Shown here: positions 1 to 9,315 of the stretch, in pieces
Position numbering within the stretch: the first letter of the stretch is position 1
Layout of the letters: each line of letters begins with the position of its first letter
NCBI GenBank assembly: GCA_041492755.1
Contig: JBGPXN010000153.1
Coordinates: 1-11,364 of the forward strand
Direction of reading: 5' to 3'
Source of the DNA: Candidatus Methylomirabilia bacterium
GTDB taxonomy: Bacteria; Methylomirabilota; Methylomirabilia; Rokubacteriales; CSP1-6
Length of the DNA: 11,364 nucleotides
Position numbers and translations under genes: made by a program
The notes under the pieces: model-generated
Databases searched by the model: none
The model's input: only the letters and a program-made list of their open reading frames with translations
What the model was told of the DNA's origin: nothing

Positions 1-422
1 CGCCCGCCCACGACGATGGTCGGGTCGTAGCGGCCCTCGGCCAGGACCGCGCCCACCATCGACGTCGTGGTCGTCTTGCCGTGCGTCCCGGCGACGGCGA
101 TGCCGTACTTCAGCCGCATCAGCTCGGCGAGCATCTCCGCCCGCGGAATGGTCGGAATGCCCCGCCGCCGGGCCGCCTGGACTTCGGCATTGTCGCGCGA
201 GACCGCCGACGAGTAGACGACGACGTGCGCGCCCTCGACGTGGGCGGCCTCGTGGCCCATGAAGACCTTCACCCCGAGCTGCTCGAGCCGCTCGATCGCC
301 TCGTTGCGCCGCTGATCCGAGCCGGTGACCCGGTACCCGAGGTTGACGAGGATTTCCGCGATGCCGGACATGCCGACGCCGCCGATCCCCACGAAGTGGA
401 TCTGCTGATAGCGCTTAAACAT
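1..422 (-). CDS. murC: UDP-N-acetylmuramate--L-alanine ligase, 5' part only (runs off the window edge)
   Basis: Not in the ORF track; translated by hand from ATG at 422-420: [36 protein letters not shown]...VVVYSSAV...[31 protein letters not shown]...DPTIVVGG. GIGGxGMS, YSSAV, RAEML and the P-loop GTHGKTTT are MurC hallmarks. Confidence 0.97.
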   Translation of the reverse strand, partial: MFKRYQQIHFVGIGGVGMSGIAEILVNLGYRVTGSDQRRNEAIERLEQLGVKVFMGHEAAHVEGAHVVVYSSAVSRDNAEVQAARRRGIPTIPRAEMLAELMRLKYGIAVAGTHGKTTTTSMVGAVLAEGRYDPTIVVGG

Positions 423-1515
423 GCTGGCCCTGCTGCGAGATGTTCAGCAGCACGCCGGTCGCCAGCATCGTCGTCAGCAACGCCGATCCCCCGAACGAGA
501 TGAAGGGCAGCGGCAGCCCCTTCGTCGGCAGCGACCCCGTGACGACGCCGAGGTTGACGAGCGTCTGCACCGCGATGAGGGCGGTGATGCCGAGCGCCAG
601 GTAGGCGCCGAACGCGTCGGGGGCCCGCAGCCCCACGCGGAGCCCACGCCAGATCAGGATCACGAAGCCGGCGAGGATGGCGAGCGCGCCCACGAAGCCG
701 AGCTCCTCGCCGACCACGGCGAAGATGAAATCGGTGTGCGCCTCCGGCAGGTAGAAGAGCTTCTGCTTGGACTCGCCCACGCCGCGCCCGAACACGCCGC
801 CGGCGCCGAGGGCCAGCCACGACTGGATGATCTGAAAGCCGCTGCCCCGCGGATCGCTCCAGGGATCGAGGAACGTCGTCACGCGCCGTATGCGATACGG
901 CGCCAGCAAGATCGCCATCGCCATCAGCGGCAGCGCGGTCAGGAGCAGCGCGACGAGGTAGCGGACCGGACCGCCGCCCAGGAACAGCAGGGCGAGCGTG
1001 ACCGCGATCAGCGTCACGCAATTGCCGAGATCGGGCTGGGCCAGCACCAGCGCCGCCAGCATCCCGGCGACGATCAGGGGCGGGGCGAGCCCGCGCCGGA
1101 GGTCGCCGAGGTGGTCTCGGTGCCGCGCCAGCCAGGCGGCCAGGAAGATCACCAGCGCGAGCTTTGCCACCTCCGCGGGCTGGAACGAGACCGGCCCCAG
1201 GCGCAGCCAGCGCCGCGTGCCGTTGATCGGTTGCGCGAGCGGCGGGACCAGCACGAGGATCAGCAGCACGGCCGCGCCCGCGAGGATCGGCCACTGCCAG
1301 CGCTCCAGGCGCCGGTAGTCGACGCGGAGCGCGCCGAGGAGGGCGAGCGATCCCAGCAAGGCCCAGAAGAGCTGCTTCTTGAGGAAGAAGTAGGGATCGC
1401 CGAAGCGGTCCGCGGCGACGATCGCGCTCGCCGAGTACACCATGACGACGCCGATCGACAGGAGCAGGACCACCGTCCCGAACAGCCACATGTCGGGGGT
1501 GACCTTGCGCGGCAT
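415..1515 (-). CDS. ftsW: SEDS-family peptidoglycan glycosyltransferase FtsW (366 aa)
   Basis: C-terminal part of ORF 415..2001. The likely start is ATG at 1515 ([12 protein letters not shown]), 1 nt after the murD stop. Multi-pass hydrophobic protein with [32 protein letters not shown] and LPFISFGGS motifs; the dcw position indicates FtsW rather than RodA. Confidence 0.96.
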   Translation of the reverse strand: MPRKVTPDMWLFGTVVLLLSIGVVMVYSASAIVAADRFGDPYFFLKKQLFWALLGSLALLGALRVDYRRLERWQWPILAGAAVLLILVLVPPLAQPINGTRRWLRLGPVSFQPAEVAKLALVIFLAAWLARHRDHLGDLRRGLAPPLIVAGMLAALVLAQPDLGNCVTLIAVTLALLFLGGGPVRYLVALLLTALPLMAMAILLAPYRIRRVTTFLDPWSDPRGSGFQIIQSWLALGAGGVFGRGVGESKQKLFYLPEAHTDFIFAVVGEELGFVGALAILAGFVILIWRGLRVGLRAPDAFGAYLALGITALIAVQTLVNLGVVTGSLPTKGLPLPFISFGGSALLTTMLATGVLLNISQQGQHV

Positions 1516-1516
1516 G

Positions 1517-2914
1517 TCAGGCCAGCTCCTCGACCAGCTTGCGGAACACCTCGCCGCGGTGCTCGTAGTTATCGAACATGTCGAACGAGGCGCAGGCCGG
1601 CGACAGCAGCACCACATCCCCCGGCTCGGCGACCCGGCCCGCCGCCTCCACGGCCGCGCGGAACGAGCCGGCGGGCGTGGTCGGAATCCCGACCGCATGG
1701 AGCGCCATCGCGATGCGCGGCCCGTCGGTCCCGATGACCACGGCGTGACCGACGCGATTGTGGGCCGCCTCGGCCAGGGGCCCGAAGTCCTGTCCTTTGC
1801 CGACGCCGCCGGCGATGAGGACGATGCGCTCGTTGAAGCTCTCGATCGCCTTGACCGTCGAGGCCACGTTGGTGCCCTTCGAGTCGTTGTAGTAGTGCAC
1901 GCCGCGCAGATCGCGCAGGAACTCGATCCGGTGCGCGACGGCGCGGAAGCGCCCGACCGCGCGGCGAATGGCCTCGGGCGCGATGCCGGTCCAGAGCGCA
2001 CAGGCGGTGGCCGCGAGCACGTTCTCGACGTTGTGCTGACCGCGCAGGCCGATCTCCGTGAGCGGGCAGATCTCCTCCACGTGGCCGTTGAGCTTCGCCA
2101 CCACCCAGCCCTCGCGCACGAACACGCCGTACTCCAGCAGCTCGCGCCGGCTGAACAGTACGATATCGGCCCGGGTTTCCCCGGCCAGACCGCGCGTGGC
2201 CGGATCGTCGGCGTTGAGCACGGCGCAGTCCGACGCGGTCTGGTTCACGAAGATGCGGCACTTGGCGGCGAGGTAGGCCTCGAAGCTGCCGTGACGGTCC
2301 AGGTGATCCGGCGTCACGTTGAGGACGGCGGCGACCCGGGGCTGGAACGTCTCGATGGTCTCCAGCTGGAAGCTCGAAACCTCGGCGACGACCACGCCGT
2401 CCGCGGCGAACTCGAGGGCGTGAGCGGCGAGCGGCGTGCCGATGTTGCCGGCCACCAGTACCGGCCGGGGTTGCTCGCCCAGCAACGCGCCGGTCAGCGC
2501 CGTCGTCGTGGTCTTGCCGTTCGTCCCGGTGATGGCGATGGTGTCGGCCTCCATCGCGCGCCAGCCCAGCTCGAGCTCGCCGATCACGGGCGTGCCCGCA
2601 GCCCGCACCGCCTGCAGCGATGGGGAATCGATCGGCACGCCGGGGCTGATGACGACGAGGTCGACGCCGGCGAGGGCGTCGCGAGGCTCACCGATCACCA
2701 CGCTGACGCCGAGGCCGGGCAACGCCTGCGCTTCGCGTCCGAGCGCGGCGAGCGGCTTCGTGTCGGTCGCCACCACGCGCGCGCCGATTTTCTGGAGCAG
2801 CCGCGCCGCGGCCACCCCGCTGCGAGCCAGGCCCACCACGGCCACGCGCCGGCCCGCCAGCGTTTCCAGGTAGGCTCGACCGCGCGTGGCCACGTCGGGC
2901 AGGACCTCGATCAC
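1517..2914 (-). CDS. murD: UDP-N-acetylmuramoyl-L-alanine--D-glutamate ligase
   Basis: GLARSG, ISPGVP, ITGTNGKTTT, GNIG, EVSSFQL, PDHLDRH, NDSKGTN, LLSPACASFDMF and RG motifs. The GTG start at 2914 is plausible but not certain. Confidence 0.97.
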   Translation of the reverse strand: MIEVLPDVATRGRAYLETLAGRRVAVVGLARSGVAAARLLQKIGARVVATDTKPLAALGREAQALPGLGVSVVIGEPRDALAGVDLVVISPGVPIDSPSLQAVRAAGTPVIGELELGWRAMEADTIAITGTNGKTTTTALTGALLGEQPRPVLVAGNIGTPLAAHALEFAADGVVVAEVSSFQLETIETFQPRVAAVLNVTPDHLDRHGSFEAYLAAKCRIFVNQTASDCAVLNADDPATRGLAGETRADIVLFSRRELLEYGVFVREGWVVAKLNGHVEEICPLTEIGLRGQHNVENVLAATACALWTGIAPEAIRRAVGRFRAVAHRIEFLRDLRGVHYYNDSKGTNVASTVKAIESFNERIVLIAGGVGKGQDFGPLAEAAHNRVGHAVVIGTDGPRIAMALHAVGIPTTPAGSFRAAVEAAGRVAEPGDVVLLSPACASFDMFDNYEHRGEVFRKLVEELA

Positions 2915-2957
2915 GGCGTCCGGGCGCCGCCACGCCCGTGGTCGGCTCGCCGACGTG

Positions 2958-4040
2958 TCATCGCAGTTTCAGGGTCGAGAGCGCCAGCAGCGCCAGCGCG
3001 AAGGAGACGATCCAGAACCGCACCACGATCTTCGGCTCCGACCAGCCGGCGAGCTCGTAGTGGTGGTGCAGCGGCGCCATCCGGAAGACGCGCCGGCCCG
3101 TGAGCTTGAAGGTGACGACCTGGATGATGACGGAGGCGGCTTCCACCACGTAGAGTCCCCCGATCAGCGGCAGCAGCAGCTCCGCCTTGGTCAGCACGGC
3201 CAGCGTCCCGATCGCGCCCCCCAGCGCGAGCGAGCCCACGTCCCCCATGAAGACCTGCGCCGGATGGCAGTTGAACCAGAGGAAGCCGATGGCGGCGCCG
3301 ACGAGCGCGCCGCAGAACACGGTCAGCTCGCCCGCACCCTTGACGTTGAGGATCTTGAGGTAGTCGGCCGCCCGGAAGTTGCCGGTCAGGTACGCGATGA
3401 TCGCGAAGGCGCCGCCCGCCATGATGACCGGCCCGATGGCCAGCCCGTCGAGCCCATCGGTCAGGTTCACCGCGTTCGAGGCGCCCACGATGACCAGCAT
3501 CGCGAAGGGGATCCAGACCCAGCCCAGGTCCACCAGCCAGCCCTTCAGGAACGGGATCGCCAGCACCGGCGCCCAGCTGTTCACCGCCGGCTGCCAGAAC
3601 ACGATCTGCAGCAGCGCGAGGGTCAACAAGATTTGCAGTCCGAACTTCGTGCGGGCGGTGAGCCCCTTCCGCCGTCGCAGCTTCGTCAGGTCGTCCCACA
3701 GCCCGATCAGTCCGAAGCCGGCGGTCGCCAGCACCACCACCCAGATGTAGCGGTTGCGCAGATTCGACCAGAGCAGCGTCGAGCCGAGGATGGCGGTGAG
3801 GATCACCACGCCGCCCATCGTCGGCGTGCCCTTCTTGCTGCGATGCCGGTCCGGCGTGTCCTCCCGGATCGTGTTCTCGCCGTGCTGGGCGCGCCGCAGC
3901 CGCTCGATCAGCCACGGCCCGACCACCAGCGAGATCACGAACGCGGAGATCAGCGCCATCAACGACCGGAACGTCAGGTACCGGAAGACGTTGAAGACGA
4001 TGTGGTCCCGGGCCAAGGGCACGAGGAAGTGGTAGAGCAT
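2958..4040 (-). CDS. mraY: Phospho-N-acetylmuramoyl-pentapeptide transferase (360 aa)
   Basis: KKGTPTMGG, DD, NAVNLTDGLDGL, FMGDVGSLALG and MAPLHHHYE motifs; polytopic membrane protein; GAGGG upstream of the ATG. Confidence 0.98.
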   Translation of the reverse strand: MLYHFLVPLARDHIVFNVFRYLTFRSLMALISAFVISLVVGPWLIERLRRAQHGENTIREDTPDRHRSKKGTPTMGGVVILTAILGSTLLWSNLRNRYIWVVVLATAGFGLIGLWDDLTKLRRRKGLTARTKFGLQILLTLALLQIVFWQPAVNSWAPVLAIPFLKGWLVDLGWVWIPFAMLVIVGASNAVNLTDGLDGLAIGPVIMAGGAFAIIAYLTGNFRAADYLKILNVKGAGELTVFCGALVGAAIGFLWFNCHPAQVFMGDVGSLALGGAIGTLAVLTKAELLLPLIGGLYVVEAASVIIQVVTFKLTGRRVFRMAPLHHHYELAGWSEPKIVVRFWIVSFALALLALSTLKLR

Positions 4041-4049
4041 CGGCCACCC

Positions 4050-5444
4050 TCATCTGGAGTCGGGCCGGGCCAATCGCGCGGCGAGCGCGTCCACCACGCG
4101 CTCCATCCGCATTCCGCGGGAGCCTTTCACGAGGACCAGATCGCCCGGCGCCACGCGCTTGAGGACGTGGGCCACCGTGTCCTCGAACGTCGTGGTGTGG
4201 CACGCCTCGGCCAGCCCCGCTCGCCGCGCCGCTTCGACGGTGAGCCGGCCGTGCTGGCCCAGGGCCACGAACTCGACGGCGCCGAGCGCGGCCACCGCGC
4301 CCCCGATCTCGCGGTGGGCCTCGTCCGCGCCCTCGCCGAGCTCGAGCATGTCGCCGAGCACGACGACGACCCGGCGCGAGCCGCGGTGCGCGGCGATCGT
4401 TTCGAGCGCGGCGTGCACCGACGCCGGGTTCGCGTTGTACGTGTCGTCCAGGATGCGCACGTCGCCGACGTCGCGCCACACGCAGCGCCCTTTCACCGGC
4501 CGCGCCTGGCCCAACGCCCGGGCCGCGTCGGTGAGCCCGAGGTCGAGCGCCACGCCCACCGCGAGGGCGGCGAGCGCGTTGTTGACGTTGTGGCGTCCGG
4601 CGAAGCCCGCGGTGACGGGGGCCCGTTGGCCACGGGCCTCCACCGTGAACGCGAGCCCATCGGGTCCGTCGCCGACGTCTCCGGTGACGCGGACGTCGGC
4701 GCGCGGCGAGCGGCCGAAGGTGATCACGCGCGCGGCCGCATCGGCGGCCATGCCGAGCACCCGCGGGTCGTCGGCGTTGAGGACGGCATGCCCATCGGCG
4801 GGAAGCCCGCGGACCAGTGCGGCCTTCTCGTCGCGGACACCGTCGAGCGAGCCGAGAAACTCCGCGTGCACGGCGGCGACGGTGGTCACCACGCCCACCG
4901 TGGGCCGGGCGAGCGCGGCCAGCGTGGCGATCTCGCCCTTCTGGTTGGTCCCGATCTCCACCACGAGCGCGCGGTGCTCGGGGTGGAGCTTCAGCAGCGT
5001 CAGCGGCAATCCCCACTGGTTGTTGAAGCTCGATTCCGACTTGTGCACGAGACCGAGCGGCGCCAGCACCGCCGCCGTCATCTCCTTCGTGGTGGTCTTG
5101 CCGTTGGAGCCGGTCACGCCGACCACGGGGATGGCGAACTTCGCGCGATGCAGGCCCGCGAGTCGACCGAGCGCGCGCGTGGTGTCCTCGACCAGCACGA
5201 GCGGCACGCCGGCCGGCACCTGATCGGGCACGGTGTGCACGACCAGGCAGGCCGCGCCCCGGCTCGCGGCCTCGGCCAGGAAGGCATGGCCATCCAGCCG
5301 GTGGCCGCGGATGGCGAAGAAGGCCTCGCCCACGCCCAGTGCGCGGGAATCGATGGAGATGCCGGTCACGGGGATGTTGAGATCGCCCACCACGAGGGCG
5401 CCCTGGGTGGCCCGCACGATTTCCTGGACGGTGAACGAGGGCAC
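4050..5444 (-). CDS. murF: UDP-N-acetylmuramoyl-tripeptide--D-alanyl-D-alanine ligase
   Basis: IDSR, DGH, VTGSNGKTTTKEM, SFNNQWGLPLTL, DDTYNANP, LGDMLELG and VKGSRGMRME motifs; GTG start 5 nt after the murE stop. Confidence 0.97.
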   Translation of the reverse strand: MPSFTVQEIVRATQGALVVGDLNIPVTGISIDSRALGVGEAFFAIRGHRLDGHAFLAEAASRGAACLVVHTVPDQVPAGVPLVLVEDTTRALGRLAGLHRAKFAIPVVGVTGSNGKTTTKEMTAAVLAPLGLVHKSESSFNNQWGLPLTLLKLHPEHRALVVEIGTNQKGEIATLAALARPTVGVVTTVAAVHAEFLGSLDGVRDEKAALVRGLPADGHAVLNADDPRVLGMAADAAARVITFGRSPRADVRVTGDVGDGPDGLAFTVEARGQRAPVTAGFAGRHNVNNALAALAVGVALDLGLTDAARALGQARPVKGRCVWRDVGDVRILDDTYNANPASVHAALETIAAHRGSRRVVVVLGDMLELGEGADEAHREIGGAVAALGAVEFVALGQHGRLTVEAARRAGLAEACHTTTFEDTVAHVLKRVAPGDLVLVKGSRGMRMERVVDALAARLARPDSR

Positions 5445-5449
5445 GCTCG

Positions 5450-6943
5450 CTATCTCCCCCGCGCCGGCAACGCCTGGCGCGCAACCTCACGGTCGTCGAA
5501 GGGCAGCACGTCGGCGCCGACGATCTGATAGGTCTCGTGCCCCTTGCCCGCGATGACGACGGTGTCGCCGGCCCGCGCCCACGCGAGCGCGGCTTCGATG
5601 GCCTGCCGCCGGTCGGCCATGGTTTCGGTGCGCGCGGCGGCCCCTTGCACCCGCTGCACGCCGACGATGACCTCGGCGATGATGGCCTCCGGCCGCTCGG
5701 AGCGCGGATTGTCGGAGGTCACCCACACGTGGTCAGCCAGGCGCGCGGCGATCTCGCCCATGATGGGCCGCTTGGTGCGGTCGCGGTCGCCGCCGCAGCC
5801 GAACACCGTGGCCAGACGTCCGGGCGTCAGCTTGCGCGCCGTCCCCAGCACGCGCTCGAGCGCGTCCGGCGTGTGCGCGTAGTCGACCACGACGAGGAAC
5901 GGCTGGCCCGCCCGCACCTGCTCGAAGCGGCCGGGCACGGTGCCGACGCCGCCGAGCGCGGCGCCGATGGCCGCGGGGGTGAGATCAAGGGCCAGCCCGG
6001 TACCGATCGCGCCCAGCAAGTTCATGACGTTGTGCTCGCCGATGAGCGGAGAGCGGACGCTGACCCGGCCGCGCGGCGTCTCGGCCACCAGATCGATGCC
6101 CTCGAGCGTGGACGCGTGCTCGATGGCGCGGATCGAGTTCCCGGCGGACAGCCCGAAGGACAGCACGGGCAGGGACAGGCCCCGCACCATCTCGGCGCCC
6201 GATGGATCGTCGCCGTTCACGACCGCGGTGCGGCCCGGCTTGGGGGATGCTTCCAGGAGCTCGAAGAGCCTTCGCTTGGCCCGCCGGTACTCCGTGAGGG
6301 TCCCGTGAAAATCCAGGTGATCCTGTGTCAGATTCGTGAACACGCCAACATCGAACGTCATCTGGTCGACACGCGACAGCGCCAGGGCGTGGGACGACAC
6401 CTCCATCGCCACCCCGCCCACGCCGCTGGCCCGCATGCTCGCCAGCATCGACTGCAGCGCGAGGGCATCCGGCGTGGTCTGGCTCGCCGGGCGCCGCTCG
6501 TCGCCCAATACGTACTGAATTGTGCCGATGACACCCGTGCGGAGCCCAAGGGCGTGCAAGAGCGCTTCCACCAGGTAAGACGTGGTGGTCTTGCCATTTG
6601 TTCCCGTGATCCCGACCACGGTCAGATGGCGCGATGGATGGCCGAAATAGGCGTCGGCGAGGCGGGCCAGGGCGGCCCGCGCGGAGGGCACCAGGACCTG
6701 GGCCGCCCCCGCCTCGGCCACCGCCTCGCCCTCGGTCACGATCAGCGTGGCACCCCGGCTGACCGCCTCGGTCACGAAGCGCCGCGCGTCGACCTTGAAG
6801 CCCGGGACGGCCACGAAGCAGTCACCCGGCTGCACGCGCCGGGAGTCGTCCGAAAGCCCGCTCACGCTCGCCGGCGGATCGCCGATCAACCGTTTGTCCG
6901 CCAGGGCCTCGAGTAGCGTGCTCACCGCCACCCCCTGCGCCAT
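5450..6943 (-). CDS. murE: UDP-N-acetylmuramoyl-L-alanyl-D-glutamate--2,6-diaminopimelate ligase
   Basis: DSR, ITGTNGKTTT, TTPD, MEVSSHAL, FTNLTQDHLDFH, VPGRFE, DYAHTPDAL, FGCGGDRD, SDNPRSE and AGKGHETYQ motifs. DNPR is the established meso-DAP-specific signature. The start could alternatively be a GTG a few codons downstream. Confidence 0.97.
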   Translation of the reverse strand: MAQGVAVSTLLEALADKRLIGDPPASVSGLSDDSRRVQPGDCFVAVPGFKVDARRFVTEAVSRGATLIVTEGEAVAEAGAAQVLVPSARAALARLADAYFGHPSRHLTVVGITGTNGKTTTSYLVEALLHALGLRTGVIGTIQYVLGDERRPASQTTPDALALQSMLASMRASGVGGVAMEVSSHALALSRVDQMTFDVGVFTNLTQDHLDFHGTLTEYRRAKRRLFELLEASPKPGRTAVVNGDDPSGAEMVRGLSLPVLSFGLSAGNSIRAIEHASTLEGIDLVAETPRGRVSVRSPLIGEHNVMNLLGAIGTGLALDLTPAAIGAALGGVGTVPGRFEQVRAGQPFLVVVDYAHTPDALERVLGTARKLTPGRLATVFGCGGDRDRTKRPIMGEIAARLADHVWVTSDNPRSERPEAIIAEVIVGVQRVQGAAARTETMADRRQAIEAALAWARAGDTVVIAGKGHETYQIVGADVLPFDDREVARQALPARGR

Positions 6944-6944
6944 C

Positions 6945-8936
6945 TCATTTGCTCGCGCCCGCCCGCGGCGCCGTCGGGCCGCTCCCGACCGGGGCCGCGA
7001 GCGTGAGATGCACGGGCGTGCCGGGCGTCAGCGGTGTCCCGGCGGCCGGGGTTTGATCGATGACGCGCCCCTGACCGCTCAGCGTCACCGCCGTTCGGAA
7101 CGGCGCCAGTGTCGTGAGCGCCTGCCGCAGCGTCTTCCCGCGGAGCGCCGGCACGGTGGCGGCGCCGTCGGTGTCGGCCGGCTCGAGGGCGCTGACCAGA
7201 CGGATGGGCGCCGCCGGCTCACCACCGGGCGCGGCCACGATCTGCACGGGCAGCGTGTCGCGCGGCGGAATCTCGAGGTATCGCAGGATCCGTCCGCCGA
7301 TCGCGGCGAAGATGGGCGCCGCCGCCTCGCTACCCCACTTCTCGTTCTTCGGCTCGTCGAGCATCACGAGCATGACGAACCGCGGCGCGTCCGCGGGGGC
7401 GAAGCCGACGAACGACAGCACACCCGGCGCGCGCGAGTAACGACGCGTGAGGGGATCGAGCTTTTGCGCGGTCCCGGTCTTGCCGGCGACGTCGTAGCCG
7501 GCGATGGCGGCGTGTCGGCCCGTGCCGGACTCGACCACGCGCGTCAGCATCCGCGTGAGCGTGGCCGACGTCTCGGCCGAGATGACCTGGCGCACCTCGC
7601 GCGTCGCGAACGCCCGCGTCTCCCGCGCTTCGGCGCCCGTCAGCGAGCGCACGAGGCGGGGCTGGACGAGGACGCCGCCGTTGGCGATGGCGCTGAACGC
7701 CGTCACCATCTGCAGCGCGGTCACCGACACCTCCTGGCCGATCGACATGGTCGGCAGCGAGAGGGCGGACCAGCGGCTGGGATCGCGCAGCGTTCCCCGG
7801 CTCTCGCCGGCAAGTCCCACCCCGGTCGCCGCGCCGAAGCCGAAGGCCGTCATGTACCGGTGATAGCGCTCGGGGCCGAGGGCAAGGCCGACCTTGATGG
7901 TGCCGATGTTGGAAGAGTTCTGGAGCACTTCGGTGAACGTGAGCCAGCCGTACTTCTTCCAGTCGTGGATGGTCGTGCGCGCGATCGTGATGGCGCCGTT
8001 CTCGGCGTAGAGCCGGTCGTCGGGCCGGACGACGCCTTCCTCGAGCGCCGCGGCGGCCAGGATGGCTTTGAACGTCGAGCCGGGCTCGAACGGGTCGGTC
8101 ACGGCGCGGTTGCGCCAGTGCTCCGGCGACGGCGCCTCGCGGAATGCGTTGGGATTGAACGTGGGGCGGATGGCGATGGCGAGCACGTCCCCCGAGCGCG
8201 GGTCCATCACCACCGCCATCGCCGCCTTGGCCTGGGTGCGGCGGAACGCGGCGTCGACTTCGCGCTCGGCCACGTACTGGATATTCGTGTCGATCGTCAG
8301 CGTCACGCCCTGCCCGGGCACGGGCGCCTGCAGCACGTGCTGGGAGAGAACGTCGCGCCCGAGCGCATCGCGGCCGACCACCGCCTTGCCCGGCGTGCCG
8401 GCGAGCGTGGAGTTCCACGCGCGCTCGACGCCCTCGAGGCCACCGTCGGCGCCCTCGAAACCGATCACGTGGGCCGCCAGCTCGCGGTTGGGATAGAGGC
8501 GCAGCGACTCGGGCACCAGCCCGAGTCCGGGCTCACGCAGCGCCCGCACCTGCGCGGCCACCGACGGCGGCAGCCGGCGGCGCAGCCACACGAACGGGCG
8601 CGGCCCCACCAGGGCGGCGTGCAGCTCGACGTCGGCCACGCCCAGGATCGGCGCCAGGCGCGTGGCGACACGCACGGGATCGCCGATGCTGCGGGGGTGG
8701 GCGAACAGCGATTCGGCGGGGCTCGAGCTGGCCAGCGGCGCGCCGTGGCGATCGACGATCGCGCCCCGTTGCGCGGGCAGGACGACCGTGCGGGAATACT
8801 GACGCTCGGCGAGCGCGGTCAACTCCGCGTGCCGGAAGATTTGCAGGTAGCCGAGCCGACCGACGAGGCCGGCGAACGCGACGGCGAGCAACGCCGCCAG
8901 GACGAGAACGCGCGTTCGGAGCCCCGTGATCATCAT
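6945..8936 (-). CDS. ftsI: Class B penicillin-binding protein FtsI (septal transpeptidase) with a C-terminal PASTA-like domain
   Basis: N-terminal TM helix; RGAIVDRHG, RLYP and GLEGVE pedestal motifs; catalytic SxxK (EPGSTFK), SxN (NSSNIG) and KTG (AGKTGTAQK); C-terminal VPALRGKTLRQA...GRVIDQTPAAG segment. Confidence 0.96.
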   Translation of the reverse strand: MMITGLRTRVLVLAALLAVAFAGLVGRLGYLQIFRHAELTALAERQYSRTVVLPAQRGAIVDRHGAPLASSSPAESLFAHPRSIGDPVRVATRLAPILGVADVELHAALVGPRPFVWLRRRLPPSVAAQVRALREPGLGLVPESLRLYPNRELAAHVIGFEGADGGLEGVERAWNSTLAGTPGKAVVGRDALGRDVLSQHVLQAPVPGQGVTLTIDTNIQYVAEREVDAAFRRTQAKAAMAVVMDPRSGDVLAIAIRPTFNPNAFREAPSPEHWRNRAVTDPFEPGSTFKAILAAAALEEGVVRPDDRLYAENGAITIARTTIHDWKKYGWLTFTEVLQNSSNIGTIKVGLALGPERYHRYMTAFGFGAATGVGLAGESRGTLRDPSRWSALSLPTMSIGQEVSVTALQMVTAFSAIANGGVLVQPRLVRSLTGAEARETRAFATREVRQVISAETSATLTRMLTRVVESGTGRHAAIAGYDVAGKTGTAQKLDPLTRRYSRAPGVLSFVGFAPADAPRFVMLVMLDEPKNEKWGSEAAAPIFAAIGGRILRYLEIPPRDTLPVQIVAAPGGEPAAPIRLVSALEPADTDGAATVPALRGKTLRQALTTLAPFRTAVTLSGQGRVIDQTPAAGTPLTPGTPVHLTLAAPVGSGPTAPRAGASK

Positions 8937-8946
8937 GTCGTCCGGG

Positions 8947-9315
8947 TCACCTCAGGTGAGCCTCCGCGCGCGCGCGATCGGCGGCGGCCAGGCCCGTCCC
9001 CGCCGGCACGTACTCGCGGGCCAGGAACGTCTGCTCGAGCCCAGGGCTGACGAGTCCGAGCTGACGCGCCCGCGTCTCCACGCGGGCCGGCGAGCGCAGC
9101 GTCGCGACTTCGACCTCGAGCTCGCGCAGCGTGCGCTCCAGGCGCCCGCGCTCGCCGCGGATCTGGTCGAGGCGGTACGCCAGGTGGTACTGCTCGAGCC
9201 GCAGGCCGGCGAGACCGAGCGCGCTCGCCACGAGCAGCACGGCGCCGCCGAGCGCCAGCGCCACCGAGCGGCGCACCCGTGGATCCTGTTCACGCTGAGG
9301 ACGTTGTGCCTTCAT
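8947..9315 (-). CDS. ftsL: Cell division protein FtsL (122 aa)
   Basis: C-terminal part of ORF 8947..10344. ATG at 9315 overlaps the rsmH stop (ATGA). Short charged N-terminus, one TM helix (VALALGGAVLLVASALGLAGL), leucine-heptad coiled coil, LRSPARVETRARQLGL motif; canonical position between rsmH and ftsI. Confidence 0.88.
   Translation of the reverse strand: MKAQRPQREQDPRVRRSVALALGGAVLLVASALGLAGLRLEQYHLAYRLDQIRGERGRLERTLRELEVEVATLRSPARVETRARQLGLVSPGLEQTFLAREYVPAGTGLAAADRARAEAHLR

Noticed and set aside
1516..2001. Apparent 162-aa N-terminal extension of FtsW in the ORF track
   Set aside because: It overlaps murD in another frame; FtsW-like sequence begins at ATG 1515, right after the murD stop.
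269..8418. Alternative-frame minus-strand ORFs (269..1489, 1569..2261, 2911..5490, 7330..8418)
   Set aside because: Arg/Gly/Ala/Pro-rich off-frame translations typical of high GC3. None shows MurG-like motifs (e.g. GGTGGH), so none is a hidden murG.
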